The position numbers and the translations under genes were made by a program. From Eledone cirrhosa (Eukaryota), in contig OZ024741.1 in assembly GCA_964016885.1 (NCBI GenBank), forward strand, positions 310,620,001 to 310,684,000: a DNA stretch of 64,000 bases, given 5' to 3'. The stretch's first letter is position 1. Each line of letters opens with the position of its first letter. A model generated the notes under the pieces. It was given only the letters and a program-made list of their open reading frames with translations. It did not search any database and had not been told where the DNA came from. Shown piece by piece: positions 39,240 to 53,660 of the stretch.

Positions 39240-42200
39240 GGCTGCAAAGCTACCAGCATCGCCTCCAGCCTACATCACCACCACTACCGCTACCCTAAAA
39301 ACAACCAAGAAAAACAACACCAACAGCTTCAATATAAACACTAATAACGGTAGCAGCAGCAACAACAACGGTAGTAACAACAACAACAAAAACAACAAGA
39401 ACGACAACACCAACAACAAGAGCAACAATGAAAGCAACAACAAACTCAACGGCGGTGCCACATTTGCTGCGGCCGCAGCCAAAACAAGGCGCTTTATTTA
39501 CGTGGATATCAGCGATAAGGAACGACGGTTGGCCCAGAGGTGGAAACTAATTAAATGCGAGAAGTCCTGGGCCAACCTAACCATCATGGACGAGAAAATA
39601 GCAGCTATGCAAAAGAGGACGGTATACTTTCGATGCATTTCAGTGCAGACTCGCAAAGTGGAATTCGCCAGCCAGGCAGATGTCGAGGCTGCTTTGGAGT
39701 GCATCAAGAGTGACATTGAGTACAAAGCAAGAACCAAGCAGTTCGGTACCATCTCGGTACTGTTCAAAACCGAGGCCCTTTCTATTAAGCACTCCGTGAA
39801 CCCCTGCAGAGCAGAACGGATTATTATGCACCCCTCCTATATGGGAAAAAGGACAGCAAAGGTCCGCATTCCTAGGATCCCACCAGGAATGAACATACGG
39901 TGGCTCTTGGGATGCGTAATTTAGCAGGGCCTCAAACACTACCTTCCTAGATATTAAAAAGATGGAGAGAGAGGACTGGTGCGGAATGGATTTGGAGATT
40001 CTTCTCCAAATGAAACCTAAACAACATCCCGGATTTTGCCCACCTGCAGGACGGGACAACGATTCAATTAATCACTGAGTGAAGAAGGCCGCACTGCTTC
40101 ATCTGGGGGGAAGCAACGCATCTGTAAGCCTTCTGCCCTCAGCTAAAAAATGAAGGGTGTCGCAACTCTCCTTTGCTGCCAACGCCAGTGTCGACAAGGA
40201 AGCTTCCATCACCACCACCAACAACAACACCAACAATGACACGGGCAGCCCCACCAACAGCAAAAACAGCCGGACCACCACCAACACCGAAACCAACACA
40301 AGGGGAAAACGAGGAAAGCTCTCCCACTCCCACTAACCCTCAAAATATACACATGGACAAAACCATAAACGGACACACAGACACATATACACTCACAACC
40401 ACAGACCCTTTGTCTTTCAGTAGTGAATATGAAGGAAAACCGAAAAGTGCCAAAACCAAAAGAGAAAATTCACAAAAAAGCCCCCACAAAACACAAAAAC
40501 ATACACAAGAAAAAATACAGACACTACCAACAGAAGAACAAATAAACACACAGACACCTGAAATTGCATACACCACACCTACAACAGACACGATCGTACC
40601 CGAAACAACACCAACAAAACCATCATCATCACAGTCACCGAAACGAAAACAAATAAAACCACACCAACAAAACATTAAAAACTTCGTGCTAGTCAGAAGG
40701 GCCAACGAGAAATTGATGCCTCTCTTAACACGAAGCGAGGACATTCAAACAGATGGGGAGATCTTGGAATTGAAGATTTGTATCTGGTGCGAATGTCGAT
40801 CGAATCTTACAAAGAAATTCGAGAGAGCTTTTCTCAGGACGTAGGGACTTTTAAAGGTGTTCTCAAAAAACGTCACCAATCATGGAAGTCGAACCATCCG
40901 ACCTTCACAAGACCCCGGGAGGTAAGTAAACATCCCCACTCTCTTTTAGCTTGCCAACATGGCCATATTAAGAGTAGGAAGTTTAAATGTTCGTTATCTG
41001 GGGTCACACCGGAAGCAGGGTCGCCTGCTCAACGACCTCAAGTCTCTGGAAATGGATGTGATTGCCGTCAGCGAGACTAGCAATACCGACACGCATGCAC
41101 TAGCCCCCATTTTCAACGACTATCAGATCTTCGAATCTGTTAGCAGGCCGGGAATGGGAGGTGGAGTAGCAGTACTGTTTAGGAAAGGCCTGGATCACGA
41201 GATAAGGTCGATCTTTCGGGACCCGGACGGTACTTTGGTGGTCCTGGATGTGAACAATAACGAAAGTGGTGCCTTTAGACTGCTCGCCGTCTACGCCCCT
41301 TCAGGGGCCGGACGACCAGACTTCTTTGGGCGCCTCTGGGTACGTCTCGCCCTTTAGTGTTAGCGCGGGACTGGAACGGCATTTTAGACGCACGCTGGGA
41401 TGTGTGGGAGTAGCTAATAGCACCTAATCACCCAGTTCCAACTGTCTGACAGGTACCGACGAGATTTCCCCAATGCGCTAGTGTGGACGTGGACCAAGCG
41501 CATAGGGTCGTCTAGATCGTATATCGACGGTATCTTCATTAGGAAAATAGATAGAAATAGTGTAGGCTGCCCACTTTTTAAAACAGTCGTCTATTCAAAT
41601 CACAAATTTGTGATCTGTATGGTCGACCTAGATAAAACGCGTAGATTAGGACCTGGTTACTGGAAGCTGAATATCTCATTTCCGGCACGTAAGGCTTACA
41701 GGGACCAGGTCAACAATTTAGTTAAACAAAAGTTGACAGGGGGCATCGCCAACAACAGATGGTGGGTGGGGGGTGCTCACAAAAGAGAGATGAGAGTAAC
41801 TTTGATAGGGTTTAACAAAGAAGTAGCGTTAGAGAAAAATAGAAAGAAGGGGAGCTGGTAGATAAGTTAGACGAGGCTATTTGTAGTGGCATTGCAACGG
41901 ACATGCTAGCGGCGAGAATTGCATTAGACCATTTCTTCAATGCAAAACACGAAGGTTGCATTGTCAGAGCTAAGGCGCGTGCACTGAGAAACGATGGAAC
42001 CAAAGCTGTTCGATGGGCCCGAGTGGCGGACGCGCAGCGTGGTAATAAAACCACAGTTCGGTCTTTGGCGGACCGAGACGGACACGAGATAAACGATTCC
42101 AAGCGGAAGTGTGAGGCCTTTCGCCAGCATTTAGCTCGGTTGTTAGGGAATAATGGCGATTCAGAGAGAGTAGAGGATTTAGTTCCCTACCTTGACGGCT

Positions 42201-43910
42201 TGCCGCGCATCTCGACGGTCGACGCTGAGCGCTGCGAAAGGCCGATTACTTCAGCCTAAATTCAGGACACCCTTGTCGGCTGCATGAGGCGCAAGTCACC
42301 TGGTTTGGATAGTCTGCCCTACGGGCTTTACGTAAATATGCCAGGCTTGTTCTCCGATCTCCTCGAAGCACTTTACCTCAGCTGACAGCAGAATGGGAGT
42401 ATTTCCAGTTCTGTGAGCAGGGGAGTGGTGACGCTGATAAGGAAGGAAGAGAACAAGAGGGATACATTAGACAACTTCAGGCCCATAACTCTGCTCAACA
42501 CAGAGTTTAAGATTTTGGCCAAGGTGTTACCAAAGAGATTGGCGCTTGTCGTCGAGGATTTGGTTGGGGAGGCGCAAATTTGCGCATTCCCCTCCAGGTC
42601 CATCCATGACAACCTTCACTCCATGCGATACATCATAGAGAGGGTAGGGTGTAAACCTGGCTTCGGTGGGTCACTGATCAATTTAGATCAATCGAAAGCA
42701 TTCGATAGGGTCGACCATCAGTATTTGGAGTTTGTTCTCAAAGCAGCTGGCTTCGGCCCTGTCTTCAGAAGCTGGATCGCTGCAATGTACAGCGGCACAC
42801 GCTCGGTAGTCAAGGTTAATGGCCACCTCTCGGAACCACTTCGGCTCTCCCGATCGGCCCGTCAAGGGTGCGCTCTCTCTTCCCTCCTGTACGTATTGAC
42901 TCTCGAGCCTTTACTACGGAAGCTGGAGGTGTTGCAGGGCATCCCGCTCGAACCGGGACGTGGAAAGGCGGTGTCGGCTTATGCGGACGACATCACCGTG
43001 ATGGTGACAATCACCTCAGAAATGGAGGTGGTGGACATCTTATTGAAGGAATATGAAAGGTTGACAGGAGTCAAATTTAACCGGGAAAAGACTTTTGAGC
43101 AGGGGACGATGGACAATTTCCAGAAATCCCTCGCTTGGCAGTGCTACGGGGGGGGGGGGGGGGCACTGCTGGTTCGGGATAATCTCTACAGGCACGGAAG
43201 TGCTGTCAGACGGACCTGCCCAAGATGCGCACAGAACGACGAAACCGTTCTGCACGTACATGTCCAATGTTTGTGCATTACTGACATGTGTAGTTATGTC
43301 GAACAGCTACTGTCGCGTGTGGAACGAATCCGGCTATCGGCCGAGTCCATAGTGAAGATCGACCCGCCGCCTTCCTTAGGTCAGGAAGAGCAGGAAATTT
43401 TCCTCTGCCTGGTGGCAGTTGCGAAAGAGGTTATATGGTGGACCGGATTAAAAGGACTGAAGACAGACACTTTTCTCTTCGGCCAATCCCTCATCAACTT
43501 CTTCAAGTTTCACCTGGAAAGGAAGGTGAGGGTGGAGAGAGAAGTGCTGCCCCCCAGTACATTTGCTAAAAGGTGGATGAATGTGGCGAAAATGGCCCGT
43601 GTGAATGGGCCTACTCTGACCATGCGCCTATAGGCTAGCTAACTTGAGGAGAGGGGTGCTCCCCCTGGGTTCCCTAGAAGCGCAGAGTGGTTCAGGGTTG
43701 GTGGGGTACCCGAGTGACCCCAGGGTCGTCCACCCCCTATCGGGGAATTTATTTTGTTATATTTATGCATAGTTTATTTTATAATTTTTATATCTTCATT
43801 ATTAAATTAGTCTTGCCATGGTGCAATTTTACTCGACCTTATTGTAAACCCCCACTGTCCCTGTCTTTGTATTGTCCCCTACATGTCGGCCTTGTGGCTA
43901 ATAAATGAAA

Positions 43911-43912
<2 letters not shown>
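39240..43912 (+). mobile_element. Tx1/L1-like non-LTR retrotransposon family 1, degenerate, internally deleted near 43090
   Basis: ORF1 pieces; APE (VGSLNVR..VSET, GPGYWKLN); RT (FRPITLLN, LDQSKAFDRV, RQGC, AYADD); C-terminal CPRC..ETVLH; (ATT)n tail. Confidence 0.9.
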
Positions 43913-43966
<54 letters not shown>

Positions 43967-46900
43967 GGCGATCTACGTAGTAAATCGTATCATCGTGAGC
44001 TCCGCAAAGGTTTGTTATTTTTAGTTGTTTAAAATTGCCATTTATGGAAAATTTCTATTGTTAACTATATATAAGTGCACATACATTGATTTCTGAAAAG
44101 GACACTCAAAAAGATTGGGACCTTGAGCCCAAAATTTAAACTTTTTATAATTATAAAACAAAAAAAAAATGTTCTTTGAAAAATCATGGGCGACTCAGTG
44201 TAAAACCTTCCTCACAAACTAACACCTCACACCGACACCACCATTGTAAATATTACTACGTTTGCTAACACTAAAAATATAAGCAGTAGAAATATTTTAA
44301 ATTTGTCTCAGGCAGACATTCATTTCACGCCATTACCAATAACTGCAGGTGTTAAAGCCGCCGCGACCACCATCACCACCACAGCGACAACAGAAACAAA
44401 AGAAAAAAAGAAATTAACTCGTGATATCGAAATGAATTCAACCAAAATGAACTCTTCCACACCGAACACCACTGACGCCATCACCACCACAACTGAAACA
44501 AAAATTAACAATAACAAAAATAACGATAACAGCAACAATGAAATTAAGAAAACCACCCTGAGTTTTGCCAGAGTAGCAAAACAGTGCAAAGCATTCCAGG
44601 TAACTCAGGAGGAATTAGAAGAAGCCAAAAAAATGGTAAAGAAAGATGGGTACAGGGTCAGCCTCCCCCCCCCACCTAATAAAATGGAGCATCGGCGCCT
44701 ATGCACCGTGTCTTATCGGACGATTAGCATAAAATCACGTCGAGTGGAACCGGCATCCGAGTCCCAAATCCAAAAAGCTTTGGGACATGTGTGGGCAAAA
44801 AAACCCCACATCAGACGTGGGAAGAAATATGGAACCGTGGACGTGTTCTTTGAAACACCACAGGAGGCCAGAGAACACTCCATGGGCCCATTAAGAAGTG
44901 ACGACTTCACACTCGTCCCAAGCTATTGTGGCCAGAGACTAGTGAAGATCAGGCTGACCCACGTTCCACCGGCCATCGAAATTCCCTGGCTAACAGTTGC
45001 CGTCCTCGCCGGCATCGAAGCCAACACCAAGATAATCGAAATAGCGAAAGAAAAGCAGGAGAACTGGTCCGGATCTGGGATGGAGCTCCTGATCCAAGTG
45101 GACCAAAAAAGCATTGAGGAGATCCCAGACGTAATAGACCTCACTGACGGCAGCCACCTCACCGTAATCGTCGAGGGCAGAAGGCCTAGGTGTGCCGTTT
45201 GTGGGGAAGGAACCCACCTAAGGGCTTTCTGCCCTCAGGCTAAAAGGTTGAGGCCACCTCTCTTACCCACCCCAGTGACCCAACCATCAACACCACCAGC
45301 AGCAGAGATGGCAGCAACAACTGTAGCAGCAACAACAGAAGCAACTATAACAGCAACAACCCCAGCAATAGGAGCAAAACCAACGCCACCTCCACCCAAC
45401 GCGCCAGAACTAGCATCAGCGCCTACACCATCCACCACGACACAACAAAAACCAACGCCTGTGGAGGATCTTCCACTCCCCGGCTTATCACAACTGGAGA
45501 CAGATTGTGACGACGAGGAGTGGGAAACGGTATCAGGTAAAAAGAAAAAAAAAGAAACCAATAAAGGAAAAATTCTCTTCCTTCCCCCTCCAAAAACAAA
45601 ATACAGAGGGAAAAAAATAAACTATCAAACAAAAAAGTTAGGACAGATATGCCACCATCCACACCAGCATCACCAACCCCATCACCACAAACACCAACAC
45701 CATCACCATCATTAACCCCAACACCACCATCACCAACACCACAACAGTCACCAAAAAGCGAAACAGAAACAAACCCACAACAAACGCAAACAAAAGAAAA
45801 CAACCAAAACGATACACATTACACAGTATTAAATTTGAACAACAAACAATTATTACACTACATCCAACACAACACCAGCATCACAGAAAACGACTACACA
45901 ACAACCCAAAAGTTCACACTACCTCCACACATACAAATCACTCGCATCACACAGAAAACGTACACGACACTAAAGCAAAAATTCCCCAAAGACATCGGAG
46001 ACTTCCGACAAGCACTCTCCAGGAGGATTTATAAGGACATCCTTCCGGAGGAGGCCACAAGCAGTGAAAAGGATGGAGAAACCATCCTTCCTCTATGAGA
46101 AGTAAGGTAAGTGGTCTTTCCCATCTTTTCCACTCCATTTCAACATGACCTCACTCAGAATAGGCAGCATAAATGCGCGTGGCTTGGGGTCGTCATGGAA
46201 GCAGGGCCACCTGCTCAACGACTTCAGGTCACTAAACATAGATGTAGTGGCCATCAGCGAGACCAGAATCTCCGAAGCACAGGCCTTGACACCGATCTTC
46301 GGCGGCTACGATGTGTACGCGTCTCCCAGCCGTCCTGGATCGGGGGGAGGGGTTGCTGTGCTTTTTCGGAGAGGTTTGGATCTCGCCATACGGGCCATCT
46401 TCCTGGACCCAGAAGGTAAGTTGGTGGTGCTGGACGTGACCAGCGGAGACGGGAAATCTTTCAGGTTAGTGGCCGTCTATGTTCCGAAGGAGCAGGGCGG
46501 CCTGATTTCTTCCGGCGTCTGGAGACCTTTCTTGGAATGTCCCGCTCTTTAGTGTTAGTGGGCGACTGGAATGGGATCTTAGATGCACGCTGGGATTGTG
46601 TGGAATTAGCGGATAGGGGAGGAGGGTGCAAGAGCCTCACCAACCTGCCCAGGCGTTTTGAACTGTCTGCCAGGTACCGATTGGATTTCCCGAATGTGCC
46701 AATGTGGACTTGGACAAATCGCATAGGGTCATCCAGATCATATCTAGATAGAGTATTTTGTAGGGAAATAAATAGGTCTAGCTTATGCTGTCTACAATTC
46801 AAGATAGTCAGCTATACGTATCACAAATTCGTGATCTGTGTGCTTGATTTAGATAGGCTTCATAGATGAGGACCCGGCTACTGGAAGCTAAACGCGTCCT

Positions 46901-49666
46901 TACCAGTGTGCAAGGCCTACAGAGACCGGATTAGCGAACTAGTTAAGCGGGCATTGACGGGGGCCATCGTCAACAACAAGTGGTGGTTTGCTCTGAAAAG
47001 AGCGATTAGAATAGAATACATTAGGTTTAGTAAGGCTTTAGCAATAGAGAAAAATAGAGCAGAGGGAGAACAAGTTAGACAATTAGACGAGGCGCTTAGC
47101 AAAGGCATCGCGACCGACGTGCTTGCGACGAAATTGGCCCTTGACCAATTCTTCAATGCAAAGCACGAAGTCTGCGTTGTCAGAGCTAGGGTGCGTGCTC
47201 TCAGACACGAGGGAACAAAAGCCGTTAAATGGGCCCGAGTGGCGGAGGCGCGTCGTGGCAACAAAACCCCGATCCGGTCTTTGGTGGACCACGACGTGCG
47301 CATGCTACTCGATCCCGGGCAAATGTGTGAAGCTTTTCAGCGACACTTCGCACAAGGGGTAAATAACCTGGTCTGGATGGTCTGCTCTATGAACTTTACG
47401 TACAGATGCCAAGACTTGTTCGGAGGCCTCTTGGCGGATTTCTACTGCAACTGGCAACAGAACGGGAGAATTCTCAGCTCTGTGAGTCGAGGAGCTGTGG
47501 CGCAGCTGAGAAAGGATTCGAACAAGGGGGATAACATAGATAATTTCAGGCCCATAACTCTGCTAAACATAGAGTTCAAGATTTTGGCCAAGGTGCTAGC
47601 AAAGAGGTTGGCGCTTGTCGCTGGTGGTCTGGTGGGAGAGGCGCAGCCATGCGCCATTTCCGACAGATCCATCCACGACAACCTCCACCTCATGCGATAC
47701 ATCCTAGAGAGGGTAGCTAGGGAACCTGTCACGGGTGGGTCCTTGATCAATTTAGATCAGTCGAAAGCTTTCGATATGGTCGACCATCGTTACCTAGCGG
47801 CAGTCCTGAGGGCGGCTTGGTTTGGGCCCATCTTCAGAGGCTGGATCGCTGCCATGCACAGCGACATCTGCTCTGTGGTGAGAGTGAGCGGTCACCTTTC
47901 GGAACCGTTCAACATCAGGCGCTCGGTCCGCCAAGAGTGTCCCCTCTCGTCCCGCTTGTACGTATTGACTCTCGAGCCATTACTGCACAAACTGGAGACG
48001 TTGAGGGGCGTCCCGCGCGAACTAGGATGCGGAAGATCCGTGTCAGCATATGCGGACGATATCACCGTAGTGGTGTCGAACGCCAAACACATCGAGGCGA
48101 TCGGCACTACACTAAGAGAATACGAAGCGGAGACAGGAGCAATGATCAACCAGTAAAAGTCAGTGGGCCTGCAGCTCGGCACGTGGAGTAGCAGGTCCAT
48201 GCCGTCCAACAGTGTCGTCGGACGCTGGACGGACGGACCGGTTAAATTGCTAGGGGTCTGGTTCGGTCCGGACCTCCAGACGGACAAAATCTGGAACAAG
48301 GTGACGAGCAGGGTGGCTTCTCTCACCCAGAAATGGGCGGAGAGGAACGTATCCCTGAAAGGTCGAGCGGAGGTGGCTAACGCGTACATCGCGTCTGTTA
48401 TCTGCTACCGCCTGACCGTCGTACCTTGTCCTAAGCCCCGCCTGACTGCGCTGGAGCGTTTGCTCTTTCGCTTTTTGTGGAAGGGACGCGCTCCGATGGT
48501 CAGGCGGTCCATCTGCTGTCAACACCCGCTTCGTGGAGGGCTGTGCATGCCGTGGCTTATTATGCGCAGACACGCGCTCAGGCTACGACATCTCCACCTC
48601 TTCCTCGACGGTGATCAGGTGTGGTCGCCGTTTGCTAGACACGTATTTCCCCAGCTCGTTTCCTTAGGCGGAGCTGCAGTCCTGGGTCAAGCGAAGACCG
48701 AGAGGGAGCGCCTGGAGACTGGAATGTCTTCAGGCTCTCACAGCCCTCGACCAATCGGGCAATGTGATCGGTGGAATCTCGACCTCGGCGTTCTATAGAG
48801 GATTAGTGGAGGGGATGAGTGACGACGTACTTGGGGAAACTCTAGGCGTCGACGAAAATCAACTAGCCAATCTCTTCGGAAGAACTTTCGGGCCGGGACC
48901 TATGGACAACTTCCAGAAATCTCTGGCCTGGAAGTGCTACCGAGGAGCCTTGCTAGTTCGGGATAAACTCTACAGGCATGGAGGTGCCGTCAGCCGGGCA
49001 TGTCCGAGATGCGCGCAGGGCGACGAAACCGTCCTGCACGCACTCGTCCAGTGTCCGAAAATTGCTGACTTGTGGGTTTATGTCGAACACCTGCTGTCGC
49101 GTGTAGGACGGATCCGGCTATCATCTGAGTCGATCGTGAGGATTGCCCCGCCCTCCTCCTTTAGCCGGGAAGGGCAGGCAGTTTTTATCTGTCTGGTGGC
49201 CATGGCGAAAGAGATAGTATGGTGGACACGTTTGAAAGGGCTGAAGACGAGCACTTACTTCTTCGGTGATGCCCTAATTGACTTTTCAAATTTCATTTGA
49301 AAAGGAAAATCAGAGTAGAGAGGGAAGTGCTCTCTTCCCAGCATTTTGTTGAAAGATGGGTGAGAGAAGCAAGAATGACCCGAGTGAATGGGCCTACTCT
49401 GAGTACGTATATGTAAATTAAAGGTCGAAAACTGGGAAAGGGCACTTGCCTTGGTGGTCAGGGTCACTGTGGCCTTTTACTGGGCTTTCTTTACAAATGT
49501 CCCTCCGAAGTCTCTCCCCTATTGGGGAATTTTTCTTTGTTATTTTTTTTGTTACATCCTCTGTTTGTGTTTTTTACACGCAGAAATGCCCATTAGTACC
49601 GTCCTGTATTGTCCTGCATTGTCCTTAATGTCTACTTTATGTAAATCATTGTGGTTAATAACGAAA

Positions 49667-49668
<2 letters not shown>
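43967..49668 (+). mobile_element. Tx1/L1-like family 2, near full-length copy 1 (ORF2 disrupted)
   Basis: Starts ggcgatctacgtag right after (ATT)n; ORF1 from 44303; APE from 46145; RT to ~48160; CPRC..H finger; stops, frameshifts and a ~150-bp deletion near 47350; (ATT)n tail. Confidence 0.93.
44303..46098 (+). pseudogene. Tx1-like ORF1 (gag-like, CCHC knuckle), frame broken in an A-rich tract
   Basis: CAVCGEGTHLRAFC = CX2CX4HX4C; Pro/Thr-rich tail continues in another frame. Confidence 0.8.
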
Positions 49669-49719
<51 letters not shown>

Positions 49720-49721
<2 letters not shown>

Positions 49722-52700
49722 AGTTGCATTTATCTTGCTTTATGTTCATACGAGTTATCACCAAGTCACAACCAGTGACCTCAAGAGACAACAAGGTCCG
49801 CCATGTTCAAGAAAGAACATACATACTCACACATGCATCTTTAGTGTTTAGACTTGTGATGTACTTATATTGACAGAATCTTCCTTAGTATATGGGCAGT
49901 TCCCATTAGTACTATCTTTTGTATTTTTCCTATACGCGGGTTTCCTGGGATTTGCGATAAGTAATCATTAGACCCCTTAGGTATCATTTCCAGAGCGCCT
50001 ACAATCACTGGTATTGTTTTAGTTCTCAATTTCCACATTTTTCCAATTTCTATCTCCAGGTCCTTATACTTGCTCAATTTTTCAAATGTTTTTATAGATA
50101 CATTCTTGTCTATTGGAACAGACATATCAATTAGCAGGCATACCCTCTTTTTAAAGTCCTTCAATATTATATCAGGTCTATTTGCATCAATTTTTCGTTC
50201 TGTTTGGATGCTAAAGTTCCACAAGATTGAGATGTGATCTTTTTCAAGTATGGGAGGTGGTTGATGCTCCCACCAATTCTTTTGATGGGGGCAGGTCAAA
50301 ATGCTTACACATTATCCAATGTATGTATTGTGCAGCTCTGTCATGCCTGTTTAGGTATTCGGTTGGAGCTATAGGACTGCACATTGAAATTATATGGTCA
50401 ATGGTCTCTGGTTGTTTTTTGCATACACGGCATAATTGGCTGCATCCATTTTTTATTATGTTGGCTGGGTAATTTTTTGTTGACAGACACTGATCCTGTG
50501 CTGATATAATCAGTCCTTCAGTCTCCGATTTCAGTCCAGAGGATGCCAACCACTGATGGGTTAAAGTGTTGTCAACATCAGGATTGTTAGCTCGCTCTGG
50601 GTATTTTCCATACAGAGGCTTTTCTTGCCATTTCTTAGCCAGTTTCTGTAGCAGTTCTTTCTTTGCAGTTACTTTTACCTGCTTTGCTTTTTCTGTGTTT
50701 TCCATTTCAGCAGTAAATGGGACTTGTGAAATTTGTAGTCCATTACTGTATCTTTGTGCATCTTTTGTAATGGAATATGATCTTTTGATGCTTTCGTGTT
50801 TCAAAACGAGTTTGATCATCCAATCATGTGATTCCCTTAGATATGTAGATAATCCAATTGTTGCAGTTTTCAACGCAATGTCTAACTGGATTAACCCACG
50901 TCCTCCTTCTTTCCGAGGGAGATATATTCTATCTATATCTGCCTTAGGGTGATGCATTCTGTGCATGGTTAAGAATTTTCAAATTTTTGTATCGAGCCTA
51001 CGGATCTCTGTGCTTGACCAGTTGATGACATTGTAACTGTAGGTTACTACTGGTATGGCAAGCGTGTTTATGGCATCGATCCTATTCCTTCCATTCAATT
51101 CCGTTCTTAAGATTGCTCTTACTCTGCAGTAACATTCCTTCCTTATCCTTTCCCTCATTGTCGAGTGCTTGATTCCGTCTCCTTTACAAACACCTAGATA
51201 TTTTTAAGTTTTTTCTTGATCAAGTTCTCTTATCACGTTCCCCCGATCAAGATTAATGTCTGAACTCTTCAGCAGCTTTCCTCTGGTGAACGTTGCTTTG
51301 GCGCATTTATCTAGTCCAAACTCCATTTTAATGTCATCACTGAACTGCTCCACAGTGGATAATAGCCCTTGCAATTGTTCATCATTTTTTGCAAATAGTT
51401 TCAGGTCATCCATGTAGAACAAGTGATTAATGGTTTTGTCATAGACTTTATATCCATGTTTTGTTTCATTGAGTATTTTACGTAATGGTATAAGTGCGAT
51501 GCAGAATAAAAGCGGTGATAAAGAGTCACCCTGAAAAATTCCACAATTAATATTAACTTCTCCAGCTTCCAGTGATTTTGTTTCACTATTCAAAAGGAGT
51601 GTCGTTTTCCATGTCTTCATACTGAATGACAAAAACCTCCTGACAACGGGGGATATTTTGAAAATCTCTAAACATTTTTCAATCCAACTGTGTGGCAAAC
51701 TATCGAATGCTTTTTTTATAATCTATCCAAGCAATCGATAGAATTTTGTGTCTATTATGACAATCTTCCAGTATCATTTTGTTAACCAGAAGCTGATCCT
51801 TACAGCCATATGAGCCTCGTTTACACCCTTTCTGCTCAATGGGAAATAGGTCATTTGTTATCAAGTGGTCATATGTATATTCAGTTAGGACTGCTGTTAA
51901 AATTTTATACATTGTGGTCAAGCAAGTTTTCGGTCTGTAATTTTGGGGATTGTTTGTCTCATCATTCTTCGGAAGCAGGAATGTAATGCCGTTAACTAGC
52001 CATGATGGTATCTTTTCTGGCTCCTTAACTATTTCATTGTAAAGTTGGGCTAACAGCCTATGAGACTCTGTGAAGGCTTTATCCAAAAGTTTTGTATTTT
52101 GTCTTTTCCTGGGGATTTCCATTTGCTGGTTTTTCTTAGAGCCAAGCGCAACTGTTCAACTGTTATATTTTCCCATGTTTGTTCCTCAAGGTGAGCTGTA
52201 TCTTTCATTTGTCTGTCTATCCATGGGGCATGTATGTTATGAACTTTTTCTTCGGCCCAGATATTTTCCCAGAATTCTTGCACTTCCTCCTTGGGTGGTA
52301 TTGATTTAGCAGTTATTGTTGACTTACCAATATTTCTGTAGAAGTTTCTTTGGTTGTTTTTGAACATATTATTGTCCTTATAGAATCTAGATCGTTTTTC
52401 AAAGCGCCTTATACGAGCAGCTTTGGCCGACACTTTTTGCTTGATTATTTCTATCAGCATGTCTATGTCACTTGTTGATTTTATACTGTACTTTTTTTTC
52501 AATTTTCTAAGTTTAGTTTGTTTAACATGTTCACCTACTTTATAGTTTGTTAAAATTTCTATGTCAGATCGGAGAAGGTTTATTTGGCGATTGATGTTCT
52601 CTTGCCAAGTAGATTTCTTGTGGGAATTCCTTTGTCTTTTCATCTTCACTCCACATAAGTGAGTGGTGACTTTAGCCGATGCATAATAGAGATGATTTGA

Positions 52701-53660
52701 ATCAGTCAGTAATGTTTAGTTTGTTTGTGATGATAATGTTTTTGAGAATTATGTTAGTCTTGTGTATTATCTTTTGGTTCTGTTTGGAGTTCTGGATCTT
52801 AGGGAGGGTGTCTCGTTGCCCCATGTCAGATTCTTTCATTTTCATCCATTCGATCATAATTTCATCTTTCAAGTTGGCAAGTTCATTCTCATTCATTTCT
52901 TTATCATTTACGATCTCATTATTTTCATTTGGAGTTTTATCTTGAGAATGCACTCACTCCACTTTTTCGATCCTTTCTTTAATTTGTTCTGTTGCCAGTG
53001 ATTCCGCCCCAACCCTGGGATTCGAAGTGTTACAATTTACCTCGTTTTCACTGACACATGTTTCATTTTCCCTTCGCTGACTTTGTGCTAATAACTTGAT
53101 CTGATCAATTTCTATATCAGTTAGTAACTTTTTTCTTACAATATTTCTTCGTATATTGGCTAGTTTGTTACTGTCAATATAGCCTCTGTTTTCGGGATGT
53201 TTCTTTTTCCAGTTGATATATGTCTGTTCTGTATTCGATGTATTTGATGGGTAGTACATGGCAGTGTAGAAAGCCTCAAGGACTTCTTTATTATCTTCCC
53301 TTGACCATTTTTCTCTCTTTTTCGTTGGATTTCTTGGTGGTGAGCATTCCGGTTATGGGAGGTCTCCAGCTCCGAAGTGATGGGAAGGTTTGAACCATTA
53401 GCTGATTTTTCGACCCCAGTCTGGTTCCTCTCTGAGTGACGCGGCCCTTTTTTACCAGGGTGACGACCGATCCGGTATGAGATTTTATCATTAGGCATTT
53501 ACTTTATTTTGTCGCGTTTTATCCTTATCCGCCAAGGGGCAATCATTTCGTGTTACCACTTCTAGAGCGAGTGTCAACCAAGACTAGAGGGGTCGTTCTC
53601 CCCTAGAGACACGGCTATTCCCCGCCGGCCGCCATCCCGGTATTTCTTGGTCACGGGGTT
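49720..53660 (-). mobile_element. R4/Dong-like non-LTR retrotransposon, near full-length, frameshifted
   Basis: NYRP.TCL, AWIDYKK..D.VPHSWI, GIFQGDSLSPLLF, HLFYMDDLKL, CRVC..ETIDHI, NRPDI..LIDMSVP..KY..L; the 3' end runs into (TAA)n. Confidence 0.9.

Noticed and set aside
45540-45650. Programmed frameshift in Tx1 ORF1 (frame break in all three copies)
   Set aside because: The breaks fall in A homopolymers and differ between copy 1 and copies 2/3; slippage or sequencing error is simpler.
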